Positions 54,201 to 61,924 of a stretch of 64,000 nt of DNA are shown here, piece after piece; within the stretch, counting starts at the first letter, position 1, and every line of letters starts with the position of its first letter. The stretch spans positions 1 to 64,000 of IMG/VR virus record IMGVR_UViG_3300020438_000001; one strand, given 5' to 3'. Under the pieces are notes generated by a model that saw only the letters and a program-made list of their open reading frames with translations, had not been told where the DNA came from and ran no database searches. The stretch comes from a virus. The translations under genes were made by a program, and so were the position numbers.

Positions 54201-57200
54201 TGTATAGAACATTATATCACCTTTAGCATAAGCAGTACCATTAATAGTAGCATTCTGGTTAGAACAACAAGTTGCTCCTCCCATTGTACTATAATCAGTA
54301 GCACCAACACTGTTATAATCAGCCATTAATGATGCCCCTGAAAGATTTGGAAGCGGCATTCCAGTACTATAATCTATTCCTAATTGATCTCCAAAGAACA
54401 TCTGTGTTCCATGTAGAGAGTTTCCGCTTGGACATATTTGATAACAAAGAGGACTTCCAATTAAAGTAACAGCGTCTGTACCCACAATAGCTGCATCTCC
54501 TGGAGATATAGTTATATCTGGACCTGCTCCCGGTACACATGTAACTAATAAGTCACAATCAGTTGGGCATGGGTTTGGAGTAGTTGGACAATCCGCACAA
54601 TTAGTTCCTATAGGCGAACCTATAGTTGTTGAGTTTAATACTGTTACATCTATATTTGGAAGTGCTTGTGAACAATCTAATCCTCCCGGTTGTGATACCG
54701 TCCAACATCCTGGGTAAACAATACCATTTACTGTTACCTCTGCTTCAATTACTTGTCCTATATCTCCCGCTACTACACCTGATCCTAATCCTACAATCTG
54801 AGTTGTTATATAACCTTGTCCGCAACAGTGTGTTAATGCAAAACAAGTACCACTAGAATTACAAGTTGTACAATCAGCATATGTAGTAACAATAGCTCCT
54901 GTAGGATATGCTATTGCGCTTGGACCTCCAATAGAAATAGCTTTCCAACAACCTGCCTGAGCGACCCCTCCTAATGTAACATCATGGGCATCAGCTGTTC
55001 CTAAGAAAGGAATAAACGCTAAACTAGTTGCATAATCTACTAGCAGATTAGCTCCAGTGTCACAATGTTCTAATATAATATGAAAATTACATTCACCACA
55101 ATTTGTAGGTGTACTAGCTATAGTTACAGCTACTTGAGGAACATTACAACTAGGATCTATCGCAACTTCTCTACAGAAGTTTTCTCCAGATAACTGGACA
55201 GTCTGTCCTACCAAACCTGGAATTAAAGGAGATAGTATAGCTGTTGTATATATTACATCAGTTGGATCACCACATTTTGTTAGTTTATAACAAACTATAG
55301 GTGTTGTACAAGCAGTACAATCATTAAAAGGTCCGGCAGCTACAGTAAAAGGAGCTGGACTAACACAAGCTATACTATTATCTACCGTCCAACATTCTCC
55401 TGCAGCGTCTTCTACTACACTACCTACATAGGCAGTTAAATTAGATTGGCTATAAACTACTGCACCTGAAGTACAATTAGTTAGAACAAAACAACAATTT
55501 GCAGTAGAAACATTACTAAGACAATCAGCACAATCTGTATATTGAACAATAGCAGGATTTACATTATCTGGTGATTGTAACCACTTTTCACATAAATCAT
55601 TTACAGTCATTCCGTTTGGATGTTGATTCCAAACAGTTGTATTAGTAATAGGATTTAATAAAGTTATTTGATTTACCTCAGCTGTTCCACTTGAATTTAA
55701 TTCTCTTAATTTTAATGTATAAGTAGTAGTAGGACCTACATCAGCTAAAGCAGATATTACAAATAATCTAGTTGTAGAACCTCCCGCTCTTACTGACTCA
55801 ATACCACAAGTAAACTCTCCAGCTGTATAAGCACATATTACTTCTAAGTCTGCTACTAAAACAGCAGCTCCAGTAGCATCATCAATAGTCATTAAATCAT
55901 TTAAACCTCCTGAATTAGTACTATCTCCTATTAACCAATAATCTCCTGAGTTAAAATCAACCGATATATCATGTCCTACAGAGATACCACCATTTTGATT
56001 AGCCGCTCCTGCAAGAGTTATACTTGTTAAAGTTTGAACATATTTAGCAAAATAAGCTACACCTGCAAACTGATAAGCAACAACAAGATGTCCTGTAGCA
56101 GTATAATCATAATCAGCACATGTCCATTCTACAAAACCAGTATTGAATGTTACTGGAGGACTTTCATATCCGTTTATTGCAGAGAACCAAATGTTATTAT
56201 TTGTTTGAGTTACAGTAAGATTATTATGTTTATCAAAAGCAATATCATTTAAATTACCTTGACTATATACTACACCTGAATTAGCTGTAAGTGCTGGAAT
56301 AGATGTTGTATTATTATTCCAGTTATCTATTTCTATAACATTATTATTACCACCATCCATAGCAATATTAAACGACATAAGTATTTGCTGATTAGGAGTA
56401 AAGGCAACAGAGCATTCTGGAGTACTTCCATTAGAACTAACAGAATAATACCCTCCATTTACTACAGCATCTGTAGTTACTGCTGGTAAATTTAATGGTC
56501 CTTGCGCATAACCGTTAGAACCTATAGCACAGCATGGTAAGAAACCAGCACAATCATTATCGACATCATCTAGACAATTTCTACAGCTACTGTATGTAGA
56601 AGCTAAAGCAGAATATATATCACAAGAAGTAAGATTTGTATGATATGTTTTTGTTCCTGGAGGAACACAGCTAAAACATCCTGCTATATTTAGATTATCC
56701 CATGTCCATATTATTGTATTACCACCTGAACCAGCATTACAATAATTTTCAACTTGAGTATAGTTAACGTCACCACTTGATAGTTTTAAAGGGAATTGGC
56801 TCCAATTACGATAAGAACTATCAAATGCCGTTCCTTGAGATTCTTCCGGCCACTGAAAAGCTCCTGGAGTAGTATTATTATTTCCTATAAGAGTAGTTGC
56901 TCCAGTACCCTGATCTATTTCATAAGTTTTTTGTGAGCCTGCTGCACCACATGTACCTCTTAAAGTATAACCATTTACACCCGCACCGGTATATTGTAAG
57001 AATATATCGTTATAATCAAATGGGGCTGAATTAGCTAATAATGTATATGTAGCTCCATTTATATCATATGCAACAATTCTTGGACCTATTGCAATATACA
57101 TATACCCATTTGTTCCTGCAACCGCTGGATCTATATCTCCAGGTAAAGCACCCGCAATAGAAACTGGTGTCATGCCTGTAAGGGCACTTCCTGAGAAAGT

Positions 57201-59243
57201 AGCAAGATCTATTTCTATTCCTGGTGAATAGTTAGTTACTGTATTAGTACTAGTATTTATTAAACCAAAACTATATTTTTCATTTACCCCTGGCGCTTTA
57301 CCTAAGAACCAATGATATTTACAAAGATGAGTTACATCAATTTCAGTACTACCTACAGGCACAAGTCCCACAGTATTTGTAATTGCAGTATAACTGTCGT
57401 AAGTTGCATTAGCTGCAATATTAGTTGAAGTTGATACTGTGTTGTAATCAGGGTGAAATACTTGATAAGCTAATGTATTTGATGTAGGAGAATCCCATAT
57501 GTATGCCATTGCTGTATACATGTTGAAAGATATTCCTCTAACATTAGTAACTTGTAAGCCAGTAATTAAGTTCATACGAACTTCAGATACCCTTACATCA
57601 GTTTTCCATAATTGTTTATTATTATCTACGGTGTATGTACCTACAGAATCACATCTATCAACCAATATAAATGGTGTAGAAGCGACGCCAGTACATATGT
57701 GTTGCGCTGGGGCACCGTATCTTATCATAGTAGCTCCTGGTGTAGGAGTACCTTCAAAATCAAAAGTTGCTGTTTGAGGAGCACTAGCACCATTAATTAC
57801 TCCTATATTGAGTGTAGAAGGTCCAGATGTAGGATCTCCATAAATTTCCCAGTAATCAGTTGACCAAGCTACAGCAGCTGGTACAACTGCTAAGTTCATT
57901 ATATCTATTTGTTGTGGACACAAGAATAAAATACGATCATTGACGTGATCCATCCACATACCTGCAATTATTCTTGATGGACCATTTTGTCCATTCCATA
58001 TATTAGCCCCAGCTCCATCTTCTATATGTCCATAATTAACCGGAGATGCATTAGTCATAATATTTGCAGCGTCTACTACTACATACCTCATCTTTAATTC
58101 ACCTGCAGGAACTGAACTTCCATCAAACCAACCATGATAAATTGTAGCATTATCATAAGTAGAGTCTGGAGAAAAACAACTATGCATACTAAAATATCTA
58201 CTTGGAGTTCCAGGTATTTGTGGCCATGCAATAGGCCCTCTATCTAGTTGTGGGACTGCCGCAAGAGCAGCACCAAAAGCAGAAGCATCCAATATGGTAC
58301 CAGTACTAGCATCTAGATTAAAAACTTGTATAGCAGCCACATCATTAGGCATACCTGGATCACCTACATACTCTTGTATAATAGTAGCAAATTTAAATTT
58401 ATTATGTCCAGCACTAGTAAGATCCATATCTGCTTTAGTAATACTAAATACACCCATCCTACCAGCATCATTATTTGCAGTAATTGCTCCTATTACTGTA
58501 GTTACTGGACTTCCAGTAACTGATGTACCACCATATAGTTCAGGAGCTCCCATAGAACTAATAGTTGAAAATCTATAAACACTGTACTTATTGTTAGCAG
58601 TTACACCGCCCCAATTATTATTTTTAATAAGAAGTCCAGCAGCGTCCTTACCATCTACAGTACAGCAAAATGAAACCATACGTCCATCACATATCGAATC
58701 TTGTAACTCACCGGTTAATGGCCCGAATGATTGGCTAATATTTAAATGGTTGAAAAATTTACCTAAACCACCATTACCATTCATATCAATAACACCAGCT
58801 CTAATACCATTATACATACCATTAAAGAAAGCCCAATATATTGCTCCTGTTGAATTACCTGCACCACTAGCAATACCGCCAGTTACAGAAGCAGATAAGG
58901 TGTCAGAAACTTTTATAAATGTAACTGCTTGAGGGGCAGCTCTATGAGCTCCGGTTTTATTATTTGAAGTAGTAGCTTCAGCACCTAACATAAGGCCTCC
59001 GGTAGAGTCCCATATTTGATAACCGTCTGAATAGAATAGTATATCTCCATCAGCATATACAGTTGTTGATCCTCCTGTTCCATATGTTACATTTGTGTCA
59101 GCTACTATGGTGCAACTACTATAAGGAGCATCAGCAAACCCAATAGTTCCTGGAACAAAATCCATTGCTACTGGGGTTTGAGTTGTATCTACTTTAACAC
59201 TTCTTCCTGTGAATTGTTTTTCAAAATTATCTGCTGTACTCAT
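48210..59243 (-). CDS. Giant (3677 aa) Cys-rich multidomain fibre/adhesin-like virion protein with an embedded metzincin protease domain
   Basis: Uninterrupted 11-kb ORF. Its repeat families, metzincin motif and internal duplication are listed as separate features and findings. Confidence 0.85.
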   Translation of the reverse strand: MSTADNFEKQFTGRSVKVDTTQTPVAMDFVPGTIGFADAPYSSCTIVADTNVTYGTGGSTTVYADGDILFYSDGYQIWDSTGGLMLGAEATTSNNKTGAHRAAPQAVTFIKVSDTLSASVTGGIASGAGNSTGAIYWAFFNGMYNGIRAGVIDMNGNGGLGKFFNHLNISQSFGPLTGELQDSICDGRMVSFCCTVDGKDAAGLLIKNNNWGGVTANNKYSVYRFSTISSMGAPELYGGTSVTGSPVTTVIGAITANNDAGRMGVFSITKADMDLTSAGHNKFKFATIIQEYVGDPGMPNDVAAIQVFNLDASTGTILDASAFGAALAAVPQLDRGPIAWPQIPGTPSRYFSMHSCFSPDSTYDNATIYHGWFDGSSVPAGELKMRYVVVDAANIMTNASPVNYGHIEDGAGANIWNGQNGPSRIIAGMWMDHVNDRILFLCPQQIDIMNLAVVPAAVAWSTDYWEIYGDPTSGPSTLNIGVINGASAPQTATFDFEGTPTPGATMIRYGAPAQHICTGVASTPFILVDRCDSVGTYTVDNNKQLWKTDVRVSEVRMNLITGLQVTNVRGISFNMYTAMAYIWDSPTSNTLAYQVFHPDYNTVSTSTNIAANATYDSYTAITNTVGLVPVGSTEIDVTHLCKYHWFLGKAPGVNEKYSFGLINTSTNTVTNYSPGIEIDLATFSGSALTGMTPVSIAGALPGDIDPAVAGTNGYMYIAIGPRIVAYDINGATYTLLANSAPFDYNDIFLQYTGAGVNGYTLRGTCGAAGSQKTYEIDQGTGATTLIGNNNTTPGAFQWPEESQGTAFDSSYRNWSQFPLKLSSGDVNYTQVENYCNAGSGGNTIIWTWDNLNIAGCFSCVPPGTKTYHTNLTSCDIYSALASTYSSCRNCLDDVDNDCAGFLPCCAIGSNGYAQGPLNLPAVTTDAVVNGGYYSVSSNGSTPECSVAFTPNQQILMSFNIAMDGGNNNVIEIDNWNNNTTSIPALTANSGVVYSQGNLNDIAFDKHNNLTVTQTNNNIWFSAINGYESPPVTFNTGFVEWTCADYDYTATGHLVVAYQFAGVAYFAKYVQTLTSITLAGAANQNGGISVGHDISVDFNSGDYWLIGDSTNSGGLNDLMTIDDATGAAVLVADLEVICAYTAGEFTCGIESVRAGGSTTRLFVISALADVGPTTTYTLKLRELNSSGTAEVNQITLLNPITNTTVWNQHPNGMTVNDLCEKWLQSPDNVNPAIVQYTDCADCLSNVSTANCCFVLTNCTSGAVVYSQSNLTAYVGSVVEDAAGECWTVDNSIACVSPAPFTVAAGPFNDCTACTTPIVCYKLTKCGDPTDVIYTTAILSPLIPGLVGQTVQLSGENFCREVAIDPSCNVPQVAVTIASTPTNCGECNFHIILEHCDTGANLLVDYATSLAFIPFLGTADAHDVTLGGVAQAGCWKAISIGGPSAIAYPTGAIVTTYADCTTCNSSGTCFALTHCCGQGYITTQIVGLGSGVVAGDIGQVIEAEVTVNGIVYPGCWTVSQPGGLDCSQALPNIDVTVLNSTTIGSPIGTNCADCPTTPNPCPTDCDLLVTCVPGAGPDITISPGDAAIVGTDAVTLIGSPLCYQICPSGNSLHGTQMFFGDQLGIDYSTGMPLPNLSGASLMADYNSVGATDYSTMGGATCCSNQNATINGTAYAKGDIMFYTDGHLIYDSTHTLMLDDTGAAAGLSGGDPLGTGGYEGRVFPQQGALYFPKTDGGSTGGLYHQWYVVCNTVKDGPIYWSIVDMTLNGGKGRVVSATKNTVLIANGISTEHMCVTNTDNTGNFYFYFRKKMSSSFDYVNQAVFGIPIVNGVWGVEFTALDFALNNGLQTFTLKQQCSGEMLVGPNNKVFAHCGIWVDNTAGANDGCMVVAWSLNMSNGTMTGPGDPVLTQTNAWNGGAWNGVYQMLGAIGTGQFGGSGGNWGDSAGQIAITQNSTHVYWANDAVPSSLQSAGTIKRMTVDSWSDLLPDPVYDNWTTRGAPDDTQVNGWKYPYWPGEDGPSIGDIALMPNGMIGFAMQNVNTDDLYPGKVGTAPGPAGNISACIGVIADPEDPIGANIASQIDGNGGMGPLGMSATIYNIGGRVMGTKFPTYLWGPCDCDPANIQAILITNNYPDCSDANCVGSPGGQDGFEITECDCTGGGAVTNLCDISDPANQPAAMVANGKSWSPTCQAPGPQRMQCLVDAVQNLGTQLVPGVAQQLDFTYSFCAPGTQVPGQSGAGVTLSFEQGPTTANPNGRTPGCAVYAKTYTIDIAQFKAEIAGCFQKMKEVIEGRFNTTCGYGADLTVTFTDVGVESAAAGITPAIGIATAQANGTYTDMNGVSNIGDFRFGYGPCNTSCSSLGSKLGVLAYAYSPDPNMVPGNGGAGVRNTSWNSFMMIDANEDWRKGMGVPDPVVADSFDLQLVVTHELGHAFGLGHDIFWDQALCTALTGAPCGCPCYQGAGNSTCGNVVCGTANSDALMGPWATTAQFSSVFPTGLAGASGIYEQRAFCGIYGNPSANYACEDEYCLTGCTPLVYHSTDFPNLTPVAPGIMDWDDGTPAGLRCWDVQYLPSLPSGYVDTTPVVPVSSTQGADCLDCTTQANQCYTLNLCACNTILGVPQTVVTTTDLSGYCNGTVGNGTVVEIDLYPGACYEIDCTPQPCPPTGAVAVVVTQDHLDCTDCCAVNQLCYELCPCAGSTPSSDSCSALTEIMVGTSGGAGDALQFISIPANGLNNTVMVGHKYGNNIQPNGTDFCPAPGGGHYREFYAPFPNNGTIAVYMPGTTTPPAGMSAGFATWSDLLDNLILLGVAGVTNPGTPYFGTNTLINAHYGIVGPGVSFAIASSRCDCISSTSCITVTNDLSGVVGSVVDLVGPVTVPGLDDSTCYLPGVCGPCSSTPGAACVPAGTVTINNVYVDCLDCDSGNPLDCYKLINCTDPNDIIDNVCPNVDIDNAFLAGEIVQVNGTTECYYIDISQNCDPLTCIIVTVDTTYASCATCSNGGQQWSCVGPCDCQLGPAAGWPSEAQCLANINPNTGVDCCPSTSWDCDTSCNCVPAQGSSGAFATLTDCQTAVNNPNGGANCCVNTPVSFDCGQFTPGSTTLTCQDPGNGSGLFASLVDCNAAIASNTQPCYVESWNCIIDASGVSTCIDPGDGSGTWNNGNGGLAACAACNGCVLNPFCTGALTTWDCDPTAGCVTVIGGTGQYSSLADCAINCASYDPDGGVYEGDCVNCIEDPDMQILMEKVADMCDDCNPPFGLEANEVICDDCFGNSNLYVIFDMSSTFSGNAFDKLTKISQFKTNVVIPAFNQLKAEYPQYGGHLYIIPGPNVSHSCTNYNGTGQTVPSSSGTPYEDWLAWATYPITGNAGANGPMPNPFTGSTLPNANKIPFQSTIINGVGGAPLACGNYLITMDSLVKDILILPGSYATDGFTQLNPWQDATGYEGFSDPYHEFEGGDRSAITMIICDEATIGYYTANNNGVVTNNVFTNPIGTCGNPLDNGVPATDWNNYGLDAGGNLTTTWKLHYDNYMDAYRYGIDLNGNVNVGAAQLNEATNRVMLYLGSDNVPSPQFSDSIRDMFYHIYQAIGGKPGTVNLTGHVSCSDYYDVPAAFGMQAYCVTDPTIPNMYMGASGGGDPTHTTGYKGGSLSNYGMDFYIPDIPIDQMDANRLFELWKEYLSDCV
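49602..50240 (-). repeat. Five tandem ~40-aa W-x-C / SL-x-DC Cys repeats (aa about 3002-3214)
   Basis: The five repeats begin WSCVGPCDC..., SWDCDTSCNCVPAQGSSGAFATLTDCQTAV, SFDCGQF...GNGSGLFASLVDCNAAI, SWNCIIDASGVSTC... and TWDCDPTAGCVTVIGGTGQYSSLADCAINC. Confidence 0.75.
50255..51690 (-). repeat. Second array of ~65-80-aa C[YF]xLxxC...C[WY]x[VI]...CxxC modules (aa about 2520-2995)
   Basis: Module starts: EYCLTGC, QCYTLNLC, LCYELCPC and DCYKLINC. Mid motifs: LRCWDVQ, GACYEID, STCYLPG and TECYYID. Module ends: DCLDCT, DCTDCC, DCLDCD and SCATCS. Confidence 0.7.
51793..52256 (-). other. Metzincin (matrixin/M10-like) zinc protease domain (aa about 2330-2484)
   Basis: IGDFRFGYG, GVLAYAYSP, FMMIDANEDW, VVTHELGHAFGLGHD (HExxHxxGxxH, nt 51936-51980) and the Met-turn SDALMGPW. 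Confidence 0.75.
54420..55496 (-). repeat. First array of C[YF]xLxxC...C[WY]x[VI]...CxxC modules (aa about 1250-1608)
   Basis: Module starts: CCFVLTNC, VCYKLTKC, FHIILEHC and TCFALTHC. Mid motifs: GECWTVD, NFCREVA, AGCWKAI and PGCWTVS. Module ends: DCTACT, NCGECN, DCTTCN and NCADCP. Confidence 0.7.
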
Positions 59244-59255
59244 TTATTATATTTT

Positions 59256-59915
59256 TTATCCTGGTTCGTTAAAACATTGAAGTTCTACCCAATGCCCACT
59301 TTCAAAAAATCCAGCTCCCGCTGCATTTGAGTTAAAAGCGGAAATGTAATATTTACCTCTTCCTGTTTGTATTGCTCCTGGGCCTCCTCCCATGAATTTT
59401 ACTATATCTCCTCTATCATATGTAAGAACTGGGTCCCATTCTAAACTTCCTCTAGCTTCCCATGCTACTTTTAAATTACCACAAACACTCCATCCTCCTG
59501 GAGTTATTCCGTATATACCTGACCAACATGGAGCCCAACCATCTATAGCATCAAAACAATTTGAACCTCCAGGTTGTGGAAGAGCGTTTTGCCATCTTAA
59601 GTATAAGAATTCTCCGATATTAGCATTTGGTCTTGGGAATATTTTAACAACTTGTCCTGTAGTATAGGCTGTAGTTTCATCCCAGTATATTTTTCCATCT
59701 GTTACCCACTCATCATAACAGTCACATGGAAGAGGTGCATAACATTCTATCATCTCAATGTATGCACCTAAAAGTTTTAAATTACACATTTCGTCTTTGC
59801 ATAATTTGCCTAGACGCTGTTTATCAGTTACTTCTGCTGCTTTGGTTGCAAAACAGCATTTTAATTTATTTAACCTATATATTAGGTCCTCTTGTGTAAT
59901 TGGTTTAAATCCCAT
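59256..59915 (-). CDS. Cys/Trp-rich protein with two CBM5/12-like (chitin-binding-type) repeats
   Basis: WDETTAYTTGQVVKIF...EFLYLRWQN and WDPVLTYDRGDIVKF...GKYYISAFNSN fit the W..x..Y..GD.V...G..Y pattern. The N-terminal helical region is Cys-rich (KCCFATK...). Confidence 0.5.
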   Translation of the reverse strand: MGFKPITQEDLIYRLNKLKCCFATKAAEVTDKQRLGKLCKDEMCNLKLLGAYIEMIECYAPLPCDCYDEWVTDGKIYWDETTAYTTGQVVKIFPRPNANIGEFLYLRWQNALPQPGGSNCFDAIDGWAPCWSGIYGITPGGWSVCGNLKVAWEARGSLEWDPVLTYDRGDIVKFMGGGPGAIQTGRGKYYISAFNSNAAGAGFFESGHWVELQCFNEPG

Positions 59916-60817
59916 TAATCTTTAATTATATATGCTAAGGTTACAAACTGTGGTAATATATTGAAAGGGACTCCTTGTGGAAAATTAAGACTATCTGCTG
60001 TACCATCTCCTGAATTACCAATCAAAGTAACATTATGAGAGTGAGCTCCACAATTAGTATCTGTATCTCCAGTACAATCATTAGTACCATCAAAAGGTCT
60101 AGCTGTAGTCCATTCAAGAGGGTCACCACCAATTCTATTTCTACTCTGAGGTCTATCTACAGATCCCCACCCTGGTGAACCATCTACTTCAAAAAATCCT
60201 CTCCATCTATGAGCGTGTGCACCACTAGTAGCCATTAGAGCAGTATATGATCCTATATTATGAACGTGTGCAGGTATATTACTTTTAGAAAGTGAAACTG
60301 TAGTGCTACCCCCTGCAGCTAAAATTGCACCAAAGTTTGGATCTCCAGCTCCATAAGACGCTATAAATTTTCCTGATAAATTTGGTACTCCTGGAGCACC
60401 ACCATCACAAAGTGTCCACCCAAGAGGAATAGAACCTAAAGGGCCAGACCACATTACAATTATACCAGAAGGTAAGAGTGCACCTTGCTGAATTACAGAT
60501 TGGATTATATTTCCGGCATTAATAACTTGATTACAAGGCGTAGGTGTAGGACCAGTAGTGACTATTACATCACCCTGTACATTTCCATCAGTACCATCTG
60601 AAATATAAACATCCATAAGGGTACAACCATCTGTACCATCTGCTCCGTTTATACCATCAGTACCATTTACTCCTGGAGGCCCCTGTGGACCTTGGGGACC
60701 CTGGGGGCCCGTATCTCCTACAGGAATATCACATGAGTTTGCTTCTGCACAGGTTGTACAGTCACAAGCACAAGATTGTGGATTAACACATCCATTGTTA
60801 CAATTATTACATGCCAT
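59915..60817 (-). CDS. Tail fibre protein: Cys-knot-like N-terminus, collagen-like triplets, phage tail-collar domain
   Basis: There are 9 Cys in the first 30 aa. G-X-Y triplets span aa 34-64. GIIVMWSGPLGSIPLGWTLCDGG...PNLSGKF matches the tail-collar signature (W/F-x-G...P-x-GW-x-x-CDG...P-[DN]-L-x-G). Confidence 0.75.
   Translation of the reverse strand: MACNNCNNGCVNPQSCACDCTTCAEANSCDIPVGDTGPQGPQGPQGPPGVNGTDGINGADGTDGCTLMDVYISDGTDGNVQGDVIVTTGPTPTPCNQVINAGNIIQSVIQQGALLPSGIIVMWSGPLGSIPLGWTLCDGGAPGVPNLSGKFIASYGAGDPNFGAILAAGGSTTVSLSKSNIPAHVHNIGSYTALMATSGAHAHRWRGFFEVDGSPGWGSVDRPQSRNRIGGDPLEWTTARPFDGTNDCTGDTDTNCGAHSHNVTLIGNSGDGTADSLNFPQGVPFNILPQFVTLAYIIKD
60626..60718 (-). repeat. Collagen-like G-X-Y repeat (10 triplets) forming a local GC-rich island
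   Basis: GDTGPQGPQGPQGPPGVNGTDGINGADGTDG. The DNA reads ggaggcccctgtggaccttggggaccctgggggccc. Confidence 0.9.
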
Positions 60818-60832
60818 TATTTACTCTTTTTT

Positions 60833-61432
60833 TTATGAAGTACAAGACGCGCAAGTACCTCTATAGTTACACAACTTATTTACTTGAACAGCCATCTTTC
60901 CTGCTTTGACGGTACTGCCACATCTATAAGCATATAACATGGCTTTATAAAGAGTATAAGCTTCTAATGCATTTGACTTATCTTCACCACAAGGACAGTC
61001 ATCACACATATCTAAATTTGCTAACATTTTATGGACACAACATTTAATTACACTGGTTGCAAGTGTATATTTTCTTAATGAGACTAATTTTCCCGTAGCG
61101 GTTCCATCATCGTATATAATACGATATTCTATATTATAGACACCCTGTTGTATTGTTTGTCCTGATGATCCACCTAAAAATCCCATATGTATATTAAAGG
61201 TTCCATTAGTAGCATTCGGAAGATCTCCGCCTATATCAGCCATAGAAATAACATATGTATTTCCATCTGGAGCTAAAATAATTATTTCTACATCTATTAC
61301 AGATCCTAAGATAGGATTTGGGTTTCCCCATCCTGTATTATTAGCAGAAGAATATGCACCAGTTGTATCGGTAAATAAAAGACTTTTACTATCACATGCT
61401 TCAGCAACTTTGAAGTTTAACTTTATAGCCAT
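60833..61432 (-). CDS. Hypothetical fibre/baseplate-associated protein with a Cys-rich helical C-terminus
   Basis: 199-aa ORF. Its C-terminus KCCVHKMLANLDMCDDCPCGEDK...LCNYRGTCASCTS resembles the N-terminus of the 219-aa protein. Confidence 0.6.
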   Translation of the reverse strand: MAIKLNFKVAEACDSKSLLFTDTTGAYSSANNTGWGNPNPILGSVIDVEIIILAPDGNTYVISMADIGGDLPNATNGTFNIHMGFLGGSSGQTIQQGVYNIEYRIIYDDGTATGKLVSLRKYTLATSVIKCCVHKMLANLDMCDDCPCGEDKSNALEAYTLYKAMLYAYRCGSTVKAGKMAVQVNKLCNYRGTCASCTS

Positions 61433-61440
61433 TCATATAT

Positions 61441-61484
61441 ACTTTTTTAAATACATAGATACAGAAGGGATTTCTCCCTCCTGT
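61441..61484 (-). terminator. Rho-independent terminator candidate downstream of the capsid gene pair
   Basis: On the minus-strand RNA, ACAGGAGGGA-GAAA-TCCCTTCTGT forms a 10-bp stem with one G-U pair and a GNRA loop, followed by an A/T-rich tail. On the plus strand the same stem has an A-C mismatch, which favours minus-strand function. Confidence 0.5.
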
Positions 61485-61506
61485 ATTATGTAAAATTATT
61501 AAACTG

Positions 61507-61890
61507 TTACGCGTTACCTCTAACGAAAGCTACTGAGATGTAGTGTACACCATTTGCAGCACTAACTGTACCACCAGCAGTTACATGGATTGCTCCAGTA
61601 AAACTACCAGCTACAAGGTTACCCCCACCAGCTTTAACATTACCTGCCGCTATTGCTCCAGTAACCCACTGAGCTGCGCCTCCTACTGCTACTCTTATAG
61701 TACCAGTACCTGCTAAAACCGCACCATTCGTAGAAGAAGTATTTAAATAAACACCTACTACTACTGCGTCAGCTGGAATCATTGCAGTCGATACCATAGC
61801 ACCACCTGCTGTTGATCCGTCATATACTATAGCCACAGATGCTAACTCGATGTTTGCATTCATAGCTCTATTTTCTATTGCATTTGCCAT
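61507..61890 (-). CDS. Ala/Gly/Val-rich small protein, possible capsid decoration protein
   Basis: 127-aa ORF immediately after the putative major capsid gene and before a terminator. The call rests on composition and position only. Confidence 0.4.
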   Translation of the reverse strand: MANAIENRAMNANIELASVAIVYDGSTAGGAMVSTAMIPADAVVVGVYLNTSSTNGAVLAGTGTIRVAVGGAAQWVTGAIAAGNVKAGGGNLVAGSFTGAIHVTAGGTVSAANGVHYISVAFVRGNA

Positions 61891-61924
61891 TATTATATAT
61901 TTTTAAAATTATTGATTTAGTTTA

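Noticed and set aside
49403-58932. Numerous 60-113-aa ORFs on both strands inside the 3677-aa gene, for example 49403-49606, 57499-57777 and 58591-58932.
   Set aside because: They are antisense or alternative-frame to a gene with strong internal repeat and domain structure. The His/Leu/Asn- or Ser/Pro-rich translations look like frame artefacts.
48210-61432. A diversity-generating retroelement targeting the fibre/adhesin genes.
   Set aside because: No reverse transcriptase ORF is present in the window. I saw no near-identical template/variable repeat pair at the 3' ends of these genes, although an imperfect pair could escape detection by eye.
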